The notes under the pieces: generated by a model
Seen by the model: only the letters and a program-made list of their open reading frames with translations
Database searches by the model: none
Told to the model about the DNA's origin: nothing
Shown: piece after piece, positions 1-9,569 of the stretch
Layout: each line of letters begins with the position of its first letter
Numbering within the stretch: position 1 is the first letter of the stretch
NCBI GenBank assembly: GCA_003226295.1
Contig: CP029803.1
Span: 166,226 to 230,225 of the forward strand
Length of the DNA stretch: 64,000 bases
Direction of reading: 5' to 3'
Source: Candidatus Moanibacter tarae
Lineage (GTDB): Bacteria; Verrucomicrobiota; Verrucomicrobiia; Opitutales; UBA2987
Translations under genes and position numbers: made by a program

Positions 1-985
1 TTAGGCTGGAGCGACTTAGGGACCCGGATGCCGGCATCCCTCCGGAAAAAGAACAGGCAATGTTGGCTATTCCCATACCTAGCATCTCTTGATTAGTATT
101 GAATCGTTTCCCTGACCGGGCGGCTAACGACTTTCCAATTGAAGCTCCTTCTAGAATACAGAGAAAGGCAATCACAAGAGCTGAAATAGCCAGGTTACCG
201 ACTGCAGCGCTACCGATCTTAGGAATTTTGAGAGACCATTCCGAAGAATCGATGGCATTCAGCATTTGCAATGAGGATGAACTAATATCACCCTCGATCG
301 CTTTTGTCGGGAGGGTGTTAATTATCCCGGCGATGAGGGATGCAATAATTAAGGTGATTGCGATATTGGGAAAGGTAAGGAATTTGCGATTCAGTACGAC
401 TAGAATGAGGACAGTGGCTGCGCTCAGAAGAATCGAGGGGATATCAGTTTGGTTAAGGTGTTGTACAGTAAGACTAATGATCCCCACTATGGTTGTGCCG
501 GGTGGAAGCTCAAATGACACTCCGAGGATGCTGCGTGTTTGATTGGCGATGATCAGCAGGGCTGCAGCCGTAATGTAACCGGTGATCACCGAGTGCGAAA
601 TATACTGAATGAGGTCAGCGACTCTTAGTAAGGCTCCAAGAACAAGGAATAGGCCAACCAGTAGAAGGAGGACAGGCAGAAGTGCTAATTTCTCCGATGC
701 TGCAAAATTGAGACCGAGGAAGGTCGTAAACAGAAGAATCGACGTCGCATTAGTTGGTCCCAGAATGATGAATCTTGACCCGGAAAAGAGTGGCCCGATC
801 AAAGCGGCAACGGCTGAACCGTAGACCCCGTACTCGATTGGAAGACCGGCAATCAAAGCGTAAGCCATTCCTTGTGGGAAGGCGAGAAGGGCGACGTTTA
901 GACCGCTCCAAAAATCGCGCTGCGCATCCGTTGAACGGTAGTTGCGGAACGAATGCCGAATAGGGAAAGGATCGAGGTTGGACAT
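1..985 (-). CDS. SulP/SLC26-family sulfate (anion) permease, partial; the 3' end lies beyond the left window edge
   Basis: Absent from the ORF track because it has no stop codon in the window. My minus-strand translation from the ATG at 985 gives MSNLDPFPIRHSFRNYRSTDAQRDFWSGLNVALLAFPQGMAYALIAGLPIEYGVYGSAVAALIGPLFSGSRFIILGPTNATS. The frame stays open to position 2 and ends ...GMGIANIACSFSGGMPASGSLSRSSL. These are typical SulP N-terminal and transmembrane motifs. Confidence 0.8.
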   Translation of the reverse strand, partial: MSNLDPFPIRHSFRNYRSTDAQRDFWSGLNVALLAFPQGMAYALIAGLPIEYGVYGSAVAALIGPLFSGSRFIILGPTNATSILLFTTFLGLNFAASEKLALLPVLLLLVGLFLVLGALLRVADLIQYISHSVITGYITAAALLIIANQTRSILGVSFELPPGTTIVGIISLTVQHLNQTDIPSILLSAATVLILVVLNRKFLTFPNIAITLIIASLIAGIINTLPTKAIEGDISSSSLQMLNAIDSSEWSLKIPKIGSAAVGNLAISALVIAFLCILEGASIGKSLAARSGKRFNTNQEMLGMGIANIACSFSGGMPASGSLSRSSL

Positions 986-1163
986 CCCACAGTTCGCGCA
1001 CTAAGAATCTGTCAACCTTTTATCTTGTGACATGGCTGGACGGTTATCGTGACTCTCTGGGTGCAGTTAGCAACCCCATTAATTCCGAAAGATTCCTTTC
1101 AACAAAATGAGTTCAGGTCCCTTTGCCCTGCAATACGAGAGAATGTTCGATAGAATCTTGAGA

Positions 1164-1643
1164 TCATGAAACGTCCTGAACGATTTGAATTAAGTCATTT
1201 GTCCGGATTGTACCGGACCTGAGAATCCGAGCGCAGATACCCCCTTTGGTCCCGGTCAAAGCCCTGGTCATACCTACCTGAGTGAGGGATTGAATATAAG
1301 AACAAGGTGGTCGGGGACGATCAAATGTGAGGATGGCTTCACCGACTGAGAATTTTTTCCCTCGTAATTCGTAAAGTTTAATACCCCTAGTGATGAGATT
1401 ACGGCGGTGTTCCCCGCTATTAATTTTTAGGCTGGTCTGCTGACTAATTTCGTCGAGAGTTTCGCCTTCAATAAGCGTTAGTTGACACTCATCGATTCCT
1501 GACCAGTAACCGGTCTTTTTCAGATAACGATCTCCTTGGAGCCCGCTATTCTCAATCGCATTCACCATCTCTTTTATTTCCATCAAGGCGCCGCCTTTTG
1601 GGGAAACGTAGATAGCCTCAACTTTTCCTTTTATGCTCAGCAT
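1164..1643 (-). CDS. MOSC domain-containing protein
   Basis: 159-aa ORF. It has GLQGDRY, GEHRRNLITRG and a conserved Cys near the C-terminus (RPRPPCSYI), as in MOSC (Moco sulfurase C-terminal) domains. Confidence 0.7.
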   Translation of the reverse strand: MLSIKGKVEAIYVSPKGGALMEIKEMVNAIENSGLQGDRYLKKTGYWSGIDECQLTLIEGETLDEISQQTSLKINSGEHRRNLITRGIKLYELRGKKFSVGEAILTFDRPRPPCSYIQSLTQVGMTRALTGTKGGICARILRSGTIRTNDLIQIVQDVS

Positions 1644-2253
1644 TTTCGTTTCGGATTCGTATCCATTGTAAAATAAAAAAGTTGCATGCAGATAAAATCA
1701 ATGGAACAGGAAGCAAATTTTATCGGGGGATGATTCGGCAATTTCAAGTATATTGTCGATATTGGAGATCTTCTTCAATTTTGGATCCAACCTTTTAGTG
1801 GCTTCTATGCAGGGCTCGGAATGATTACCATCTTGGGCTTTTTAGTTTGACGCGTTTTCCAGCAATTGATCCTCAGAAAATTGAACTATAATCTACATGA
1901 TTTCTTGAAACGATTTGAGAATCGAAATTATCGAAAAGGAGTTTATCTTGGGAGACACAAAGGAAAGTGTGCTCCGGCTAACGTATTTTGAAGCGGGCCT
2001 GGTCTGTTACTCTTATCAAATCGAACTTTGGAATACTTTTGAGGAGGCGGCTCCCATCAGAGAATAGGTGGTCCTACTCGAATCTGAAAGTTCTTAAGGT
2101 TCGTATGATGCCCACTATTCTGATTAATAAGATGGTGATAATTCAGGCTAATTATTTTGGTGTTTGCCTGTACAAGCAAGGGAAAGGATTTATAGGATTA
2201 AAAGCATGTTTAAGGGGAGTAGGGGATTTTAAGCGGGAAGGGCTGGTGACGAT

Positions 2254-4113
2254 ATGGAAAAAGCTCTGAAAACCCATTTCGGGTTTGATAGTTTTCGGCC
2301 TGGGCAAAGGGCAGTGATTGATGCGATTTTAAAGAAAAGGGATATCATGGTCGTAATGCCTACCGGCGGGGGAAAGTCTCTTTGTTATCAACTCCCGGCG
2401 GTTATGATTCGCGGTATAACAATCGTTGTTTCTCCCCTGATAGCCTTGATGAAGGACCAGGTGGACTCTTTGATTAGGAGATCGATTCCTGCCACATTTA
2501 TAAACAGCAGTTTAAGCCGAAGGGAGCAGGATCGGCGGGTTCAGGATATGAAAATGGGTATCTATACGCTCATCTACGTGGCCCCAGAACGATTTAGAAA
2601 TACGCTATTTCTCAACGCCCTTAAGGGCGTTGAAATCTCCTTTTTCGCCATTGACGAAGCTCATTGTGTATCGATGTGGGGTCACGATTTTCGGCCTGAT
2701 TACCTTGGGATTGGTCGTGCTATCGATAAGTTGGGACACCCTCCGATTGCTGCATTTACGGCCACAGCGACTCCGGAAGTCAGAGCGGATATTATTAGGC
2801 ACCTTAATATTAATGAGGGTATCGAATTTGTCACAGGGTTCAGGCGGTCGAATCTTGGATTTCGAGTCGAGCATGTCTCATCGGAGGCAGCTAAGATGGC
2901 ACGGTTAAGCGAAATCATTGAGTCGCGTCAGAAGGGGATTGTGTATTGTGCTACCAGAAGACGAGTAGAGCTGATTTCGGAGAAGCTTTCCACTTGGGAT
3001 ATTGCCCATATCTCCTATCACGCGGGAATGGATGATGAGCAAAGAAGAGAGGCACAAGAGTCTTTCATGACGGGGAAGGCAGATGTGGCAGTGGCCACAA
3101 ATGCTTTCGGAATGGGAATCGACCGCGCCGACATTCGTTTCGTCGTCCATTTTGAGCTGCCGGGAAGCCTTGAAGCTTACTACCAAGAGGCCGGCCGAGG
3201 AGGTCGAGATGGCGAGTTTGCACTTTGTCTTCTACTCTTTAACTATGCCGATAAGCGTATTCAAGAGTTTTTCATTGAAGGGGGAAATCCGAGCGATAAG
3301 GTCATTCGCTCGGTTTATTCTCTTTTGAGGAATGTTGCTGATGGGAATGGAGAGATCCATCTCCCAACGCGAGAACTTATCAAACGAATGGGGGGTCGGA
3401 CCAACGGGATAGCGGTTTCAACTGCTCTCACTATATTGAGTCGAATTGGGGCCGTAGAGCGCTTTGATGTAGTTGGCTCACGTACAAAGGGAACCCGCCT
3501 TACCCGAGCAGATCTGATGGCACGAGATTTGAAAATTGATTTGGAAGTTCTGTCCGAGAAAAAGGAACGCGATTGGTCAAAATTGAAAGAGATGATTCAA
3601 TACGCCTATGCTGAAACCTGTCGGCAGCAATGGATTCTTAATTACTTCGGTGAAAGGGAGAGGTCTCTTTGCGAGGTATGTGACAGATGTTTCCCAGATC
3701 CGAATACAGGAGTGCGCGATCCTACAAATGAGGAGCTTATCATGCTGCAAAAAGCTCTCAGCGGGGTTGCTCGAACTTCCCATCGAGGAGAAACCGGTAG
3801 GATGCTCCCTCGTTTTGGAGCAAACAGAATTATCTTGATGTTGACGGGTAGCCGCAGTTCTCAGGTTGTCGATGCCGGACTAGATTCACTCTCGACTTTT
3901 GGTATACTAAAACAACATGGCGTAGTTTTCGTAAAGGCGCTATTCAAAGAGATGGAACGCTCTAGATTAATTCAAGCTTCAGCTGATGAGTATCGCATGA
4001 TCTCTTTGACCGCTCTGGGGGCGGATGTTATGCGCGGGAAGAAAAAGGTTAAGCTAGCATTCCCTGAGAAAACTCTTTCGGGATCCCGAAAACGGACCAA
4101 AAATTCGGGTTAA
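2254..4113 (+). CDS. recQ: ATP-dependent DNA helicase RecQ
   Basis: 619 aa. N-terminus is FGFDSFRPGQRAVIDAIL, Walker A is MPTGGGKSLCYQLPA, the DEAH box is DEAHCVSMWGHDFRPDY. A RecQ C-terminal Zn-binding Cys cluster (CRQQ..CEVCDRC) and an HRDC-like tail are present. Confidence 0.92.
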   Translation: MEKALKTHFGFDSFRPGQRAVIDAILKKRDIMVVMPTGGGKSLCYQLPAVMIRGITIVVSPLIALMKDQVDSLIRRSIPATFINSSLSRREQDRRVQDMKMGIYTLIYVAPERFRNTLFLNALKGVEISFFAIDEAHCVSMWGHDFRPDYLGIGRAIDKLGHPPIAAFTATATPEVRADIIRHLNINEGIEFVTGFRRSNLGFRVEHVSSEAAKMARLSEIIESRQKGIVYCATRRRVELISEKLSTWDIAHISYHAGMDDEQRREAQESFMTGKADVAVATNAFGMGIDRADIRFVVHFELPGSLEAYYQEAGRGGRDGEFALCLLLFNYADKRIQEFFIEGGNPSDKVIRSVYSLLRNVADGNGEIHLPTRELIKRMGGRTNGIAVSTALTILSRIGAVERFDVVGSRTKGTRLTRADLMARDLKIDLEVLSEKKERDWSKLKEMIQYAYAETCRQQWILNYFGERERSLCEVCDRCFPDPNTGVRDPTNEELIMLQKALSGVARTSHRGETGRMLPRFGANRIILMLTGSRSSQVVDAGLDSLSTFGILKQHGVVFVKALFKEMERSRLIQASADEYRMISLTALGADVMRGKKKVKLAFPEKTLSGSRKRTKNSG

Positions 4114-4501
4114 ACCGTAATGAGCGAATAGCCAGAACGTGCTTTCCCGAATTTCTCAGGTCTAAATGAACTCAGGATTCAGGCGGTCGGGTAAATGTAC
4201 ATTTCCAAATTATTCAATCAGATATTAGACTGGTTGGAATTTTCGGGAATCATTGCCGGGAGAGGAGATAATGAGAATTCTTGGGAGGGAAATATTAAAG
4301 TGTTGATCCTATTGTCGGGGGTTTTTATTTAATCAGAGATTATAATGGCTATTTTCCTGGAGGATCTTTCGAATTGAAGTAGCTGGGGGGCCACCGCTGA
4401 ATATATTGCCAAGAGGCATTGTATTAGAGTGAATTGTCAGATAGATTCCTAGGGATGGCGGCTTTACAAAGGGGGTACAAGTTTATATTTAAACTAAATC
4501 T

Positions 4502-5656
4502 ATGATATTAGACCCAGCGAAAAAAATCTACCCGGAATTCAGTCTTAACCGTCTCTTAGGCACTGTTTTTGCTCCCGAAGGAGGCGAGAAAGTAGCGATT
4601 TTAATCGACCTTGAGGATCCATCGGAGGTGAAAAACTTCGGCTTTCTTGAAAATAAGAATCTATCCATTCAACGTAACGCCTTTGAAAAATTCTATCAGG
4701 TCTTCGAGAGAGGAGAGTTGGATGATCTCGGTCTCAAGGCAGGTGATCTTTACGCCTATAAGATTACTGGGGGAAGTAATCTAGATCTTCCCCATGACTT
4801 GTATGATACGGGCGGGAGGCATCTAAGATTTGCGTCAGATATCTATCCGAGTTATGATATCATCCTTTGTATTTCGACGTATTCTGCGACAGCACCTCTC
4901 ACCGCTTCAGCTAAGAAATTCGGATTCCGAGGGGCTACTCTCCACGGCTTAAATGATGTGATTCTATCTTCCGGACTCTGCGTCGACTACAATGAGGTAA
5001 GCCGGGACGCGGAAAAATTAAGGTTGGGTATGACGCGAGCAGATCAGTTTGAAATCGACTACGAAATAAATGGAGATTCATGTAGGTTGATTCTGAAATG
5101 CAACGGGCAAGAAGCACAAAAGAGCCATGGCCTCTGCCGAGGGAATAGGCCGGATGTGGCGAACTTGCCGGCAGGAGAAGTCTATTTCGTACCGGAAAAT
5201 GCTGAGGGCGAATTTCCCATGCAATACAGCGATGGAACATTGGGGATCATGCAAGTTGAGGGAGGTAGGATTCGCCGTGCTGCTCTCCTGAGGGGATCTA
5301 ATGAAACAATTGAAGCTCATAATCGGAAACTTGAATCTGATCCTGTTGTGGGTGAGATCGGAGAATTAGGTTTCGGAACACAGGTTCTACCGGTCTCTGG
5401 GCGCGACATTCAGGACGAAAAGATTCTGGGTACCGTTCATGTAGCCACGGGACGCAGTGACCATCTCGGGGGGCACCTAACTCCGGATCTTTTTTCTGAA
5501 CATCAGAATGCGACTCACGATGATATTCTCTTTGCTCCCTTTAAAACACCAGATATTAAAATTCCTGAGGTGCGAATGCAACGTGATGGGGTGACAACGA
5601 TAATCCTGGCAGGGTACCAACCTTCAGAATATCTGATTTCGCTCCTCGATAGCTAA
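4502..5656 (+). CDS. Hypothetical protein, possibly a distant M29 (aminopeptidase T/S)-like metallopeptidase
   Basis: 384 aa. NLPAGEVYFVPE and DEKILGTVHVATGRSDHLGG resemble the conserved PxGEVFxxP and EKIxGxxHxAxG blocks of thermophilic metalloprotease M29. The assignment is weak. Confidence 0.35.
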   Translation: MILDPAKKIYPEFSLNRLLGTVFAPEGGEKVAILIDLEDPSEVKNFGFLENKNLSIQRNAFEKFYQVFERGELDDLGLKAGDLYAYKITGGSNLDLPHDLYDTGGRHLRFASDIYPSYDIILCISTYSATAPLTASAKKFGFRGATLHGLNDVILSSGLCVDYNEVSRDAEKLRLGMTRADQFEIDYEINGDSCRLILKCNGQEAQKSHGLCRGNRPDVANLPAGEVYFVPENAEGEFPMQYSDGTLGIMQVEGGRIRRAALLRGSNETIEAHNRKLESDPVVGEIGELGFGTQVLPVSGRDIQDEKILGTVHVATGRSDHLGGHLTPDLFSEHQNATHDDILFAPFKTPDIKIPEVRMQRDGVTTIILAGYQPSEYLISLLDS

Positions 5657-5670
5657 TTGGATTATGGGGA

Positions 5671-6423
5671 GTGATGAGGAACGTCTATAAGACGAAACGC
5701 TTACTCGAAGAATATCTGCTCTTTCACTACGGAACTGCTGAGGAAATACTTCCCTTTTCGTTTGGGCCCCGGGGAGCCTTGGACTTTGCCACCCGGTCGG
5801 TATCGGAGTGCCTGATCCGCGACTTTTTGCCACCAAGAGCTCGTGCATTGGATTTAGGGTGCGCCGTAGGACGATCGAGTTTCGAGCTAGCGCGTCATTG
5901 CCATGAGGTTGACGCGGTTGACTTTTCTCCACAATTCATCGAAGCGGCCAGGTCTCTACAGGCTCAAGGTAGCTTGAAATTCCAATTCAAAATACATGGG
6001 CAAGTTTACCGGAGGTCCGAAGCCCGCGTCCCGAAAGGAGTCGAACCGAATCGAGTTAATTTCGAGGTGGGCGATGCTCATAACCTATCTGAGGAAATCG
6101 GTGGCTACGATGTTATTCATGCCGCGAATCTGCTTTGCCGCATGGAGCGACCCATGGCGCTGTTAAACCGTCTCCCTTCACTCGTTGTCCCGGGAGGGCA
6201 ACTGATCATTACCAGTCCTTACACTTGGGATGAGGAGTTTACTCCATCGGAAAACTGGGTTGGAGCAACAGTAAATTCTCCGGATCCTTTTGCAGCTCTT
6301 GAAGTGAAGCTCTCAGATGCATTCCGTTTAAAGGGACGCAAGGACCTTCCTTTTCTCATTCGAGAGCACGCTAGAAAATTTCAATGGAGTGTTGCCGAGG
6401 CTACCGTTTGGATTCGGAAATAA
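5671..6423 (+). CDS. Class I SAM-dependent methyltransferase, resembling the stand-alone OvoA C-terminal-domain family (putative 4-mercaptohistidine N1-methyltransferase)
   Basis: 250 aa. The SAM motif I is ALDLGCAVGRSSFELA. The N-terminal YKTKRLLEEYLLFHYG and C-terminal GGQLIITSPYTWDEEFTPSENWVG blocks match my recollection of that family. The family-level call needs an HMM check. Confidence 0.55.
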   Translation: MMRNVYKTKRLLEEYLLFHYGTAEEILPFSFGPRGALDFATRSVSECLIRDFLPPRARALDLGCAVGRSSFELARHCHEVDAVDFSPQFIEAARSLQAQGSLKFQFKIHGQVYRRSEARVPKGVEPNRVNFEVGDAHNLSEEIGGYDVIHAANLLCRMERPMALLNRLPSLVVPGGQLIITSPYTWDEEFTPSENWVGATVNSPDPFAALEVKLSDAFRLKGRKDLPFLIREHARKFQWSVAEATVWIRK

Positions 6424-6532
6424 TATCTGGGATTGATTTTGCCAAAGTTCGATGGCCTGCTTATCTCGAGCTAGATAACATTAAGGCTAAAGATGCCATG
6501 TGCCATACGGAACAGTCTTCAAATAATCTTTG

Positions 6533-7435
6533 TTAGCAAGAAAGTGGATAGCCCATTCGTTGGAAGATCTTGTGAAGATCTTTCCGGTTGAGGCCATTTT
6601 GCCTAAAATAACGTAAACTAAGTGCCTGATCTCTCTTTGCCAAACGTTTACCATAACGGTCTCTTATCAGTTGGCAGTGGTAGAATTGAGGTGGTCGCCA
6701 TCCCAAGGCTCGATAAATAAGAAGTTGGCGGGCAGTAGAAAGGAGGAGGTCTTCCCCTCGGACCACTTCGGTTATTTTCATCGCGTGGTCATCTGCCACT
6801 ACTGCTAGCTCATAGGATGGAAATCCGTCCTTTCGCCAGACAACAAAATCGCCAAAGTCTTTCCCTGCAACAAATGCAACTTTGCCATGTCGGAAATCAA
6901 AAAACTCGATTGTTTGACCATCCGGAACGCGAAATCTCCAATTTTGGTTTCCCGGCTGTTGAAACTTGAGGCCTGTGTTTTCATTGGGCCGGAGAGAGGC
7001 TGGAAAGATGTTTTCTCCTGCTGTACTATGGGGTGCTAGGAGGGATCTCGCTATGTCTTTCCGCGATTGTGGTGAAGGATATATTAGTCCGGTGTTCTTA
7101 AGTTGCTCCCAGGTGGTGTGATAAAAGGAAAGGCGTTGGCTTTGAGTATAGGGGCCATGGATACCGCCCTTTTTAGGGCCTTCTTGCCAGACGAGACCTA
7201 CCCAGGCAAGGTCTTCCAGCATGGCATCAGCAAACTGCGGCTTACACCTATCCTGATCCAGATCTTCGTTACGCAGGATAAGAATTCCCTGTTGCTGCTT
7301 TGCTCGACTCTGAGCGATAAGGAAGGTGTGGGCATGACCAAGATGAAGAAACCCGGTTGGGGTCGGTGCTATTCTACCCCTGTAATGATCTTCGAGTATC
7401 GCTTCTAGTGGTCGCTTGATGTTAGTGCTTGCCAA
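6533..7435 (-). CDS. gluQ: Glutamyl-Q tRNA(Asp) synthetase (truncated GluRS paralog)
   Basis: 300 aa. It has a class I aaRS signature (RIAPTPTGFLHLGH) and LRNEDLD, and it lacks an anticodon-binding domain. The length is typical of GluQRS. Confidence 0.8.
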   Translation of the reverse strand: MASTNIKRPLEAILEDHYRGRIAPTPTGFLHLGHAHTFLIAQSRAKQQQGILILRNEDLDQDRCKPQFADAMLEDLAWVGLVWQEGPKKGGIHGPYTQSQRLSFYHTTWEQLKNTGLIYPSPQSRKDIARSLLAPHSTAGENIFPASLRPNENTGLKFQQPGNQNWRFRVPDGQTIEFFDFRHGKVAFVAGKDFGDFVVWRKDGFPSYELAVVADDHAMKITEVVRGEDLLLSTARQLLIYRALGWRPPQFYHCQLIRDRYGKRLAKRDQALSLRYFRQNGLNRKDLHKIFQRMGYPLSC

Positions 7436-7633
7436 TGTTTATGTAATAGGGACAATTCAGCGGTTAATTCCGGCCGGTCCTCGTCGTTTTGTTAGTTGCA
7501 CGATAGGGGGTACTCCGAGATAAGGAGGCAAGGATTTTGTTGCGGTTTCGAAGGCTATAGCCTCGTGATATGCAATCGTTTTTCGAACTCGGGTACCATC
7601 TTTCATAGACTTGCACTAATGCGTCATGGATAA

Positions 7634-8911
7634 ATGGATGGATTGGATTTAAACGCTATGAGCGAGATTTCTATAGAAGAATTATCAGATACAAGTGGAT
7701 TTGGTGAGCTTGGGTTGAGCGATGCCATCGTTAGAGGTGTATCGCTATGCGGGTATAAAGAACCAACGCAGATACAAAAGCAGGCAATTCCAATTATCAT
7801 GAAAGGAAGAGATCTTTTGGGTGCATCCCATACCGGATCAGGAAAGACGGCGGCATTCGCACTTCCAATCCTTAGTTTATTGCATAGGTCGGGTCCCCTA
7901 CGATGTTTGGTTCTAGAGCCGACCCGTGAACTAGCGCAGCAAGTAGAGAAGGCATTTCTTAAGTACGGACGTACACTCCAACTCAAAGTCACCCTTTTAC
8001 ACGGTGGGGTTGGTTATGGTAAACAAACACAGGATTTGCAAAGGGGTGTAGATATCGTGGTTGCGACTCCAGGACGTCTTCTCGACCATCTTTCGCAAAA
8101 AGCGCTTACTCTTCAGGATATTAGATTTCTGGTTCTTGATGAAGGTGACCGGATGATGGATATGGGGTTTATCCCTGATCTCAGGCGGATTATTGGGCAC
8201 TGCCCACAGAATCGCCAAAGTATGTTGTTTTCGGCAACGCTGGGTCCTGAAATGGAAGGGGTGGCAAACTGGGTGGTTAGCGACCCAGTTCGGATCTCGA
8301 TTGGAGGGGGCAAGGCCCTGGCGAGTTCAGTGCAACATTCCATTTATCCAGTTGATGATCGGCAGAAATTTGATCTACTGCTAGCGCTTTTGGAACAGAT
8401 CGACTATCGTAGTGTAATCATATTTTGCCGTACCAAATTAGGCGCAGATATGATTGCAAGGTGGCTATCAAACACCAAGTACCGGGCTGTTATCCTTCAT
8501 TCAGACCGTAGTCAAAAAGAACGTGATCAGGCACTTGAGGGATTCAAGTCGGGAGCGGTGGAGATTCTTGTTGCTACTGATATTGTAGCGCGAGGTATCG
8601 ATATTATGGATGTGAGCCACGTTATAAACTATGATGTGCCACAAAATCCGGAGGACTACGTGCACCGTATTGGTAGGACTGGGCGGATGGATCGAGAAGG
8701 TGATGCTTTTTCTCTTTTTACAGCGAGCGATCAGGATTTCCTGAAGAACATTGAACGCTTTATAGGACAAACTATCAAAAGGGAAAAAATCGAAAACTTT
8801 CCCTACAACTGGTCTCCCATTCTGGAAGAAAGAACGGTACAACGAAAAAGACGCAATAGGGGCTATGATTCTTCGCCTACTATGAATATTGGCCGCCGTA
8901 AGAGAAGATAA
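7634..8911 (+). CDS. DEAD-box ATP-dependent RNA helicase
   Basis: 425 aa. It has a Q-motif (GYKEPTQIQ), Walker A (SHTGSGKTAAF), a DEGD box (LVLDEGDRM), SAT, and HRIGRTGR with a basic tail. Confidence 0.88.
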   Translation: MDGLDLNAMSEISIEELSDTSGFGELGLSDAIVRGVSLCGYKEPTQIQKQAIPIIMKGRDLLGASHTGSGKTAAFALPILSLLHRSGPLRCLVLEPTRELAQQVEKAFLKYGRTLQLKVTLLHGGVGYGKQTQDLQRGVDIVVATPGRLLDHLSQKALTLQDIRFLVLDEGDRMMDMGFIPDLRRIIGHCPQNRQSMLFSATLGPEMEGVANWVVSDPVRISIGGGKALASSVQHSIYPVDDRQKFDLLLALLEQIDYRSVIIFCRTKLGADMIARWLSNTKYRAVILHSDRSQKERDQALEGFKSGAVEILVATDIVARGIDIMDVSHVINYDVPQNPEDYVHRIGRTGRMDREGDAFSLFTASDQDFLKNIERFIGQTIKREKIENFPYNWSPILEERTVQRKRRNRGYDSSPTMNIGRRKRR

Positions 8912-9111
8912 GTATATTTTAAGGTAAACCCGGAATCACAGATGTAGAGACTCTGCGATGAATCAACGGGCACGAGGACCCTAAATTTGTGATCCAGAAC
9001 ATCGCTGCGTATCGGATAAAGCATCTTTGGTCGGAGGAGATGATGGTGGGTTTCGGGTTGGGAAATGACCAGAAGGGGGATTGTAGGTCCCCTTGGAAGG
9101 ATGCAGGCTTT

Positions 9112-9414
9112 CTAAACCTCCTCGAACTGACTCTCAAAGAGCTTACTCAGCTCATCAAGGATTGGGTTAGGATTGGAGCCGATCAAAGTGAACTTGAGTT
9201 CCGATCCCTGGCCGGCTGCTAACATCATTAGGCCCATGATACTTTTCCCATTGACTAGCTCTTCGTCTTTTTCGACGAAAATTTCGCCAGTGTAGCGATT
9301 AGTCGTTTTCACTATCATGGCGGCAGGGCGAGCGTGAATGCCCATCTTGTTTTTGACTACTAGAGTCTTTTCAGTTTTCGGCTGGTCCGGGGGTTTATTA
9401 TCCAGCTGCGTCAT
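9112..9414 (-). CDS. ptsH: Phosphocarrier protein HPr
   Basis: 100 aa. It has the active-site His block (KNKMGIHARPAA) and the regulatory Ser block (NGKSIMGLMML). Confidence 0.85.
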   Translation of the reverse strand: MTQLDNKPPDQPKTEKTLVVKNKMGIHARPAAMIVKTTNRYTGEIFVEKDEELVNGKSIMGLMMLAAGQGSELKFTLIGSNPNPILDELSKLFESQFEEV

Positions 9415-9569
9415 GGATTTTTAGGATCTGGGAGTAGTCTTTAAATAAAGGGCAATTTATTTAAAATATGAAACGGGACTCGCGGATCAATGGAATTTTC
9501 TTCAATGGAACCTGTCTTTTTATATTAGCGTTAGGTATGCTGGGTGAGACTGTAATTACGGTTTCAGCA

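Noticed and set aside
1948-2067. A 39-codon TTG-initiated ORF with a good AAGGAG RBS (LGDTKESVLRLTYFEAGLVCYSYQIELWNTFEEAAPIRE) in the 610-bp gap upstream of recQ
   Set aside because: It is too short, has a non-ATG start, and I recognise no family. It cannot be supported without conservation or ribosome-profiling data. The overlapping track ORF at 1988..2269 also looks spurious.
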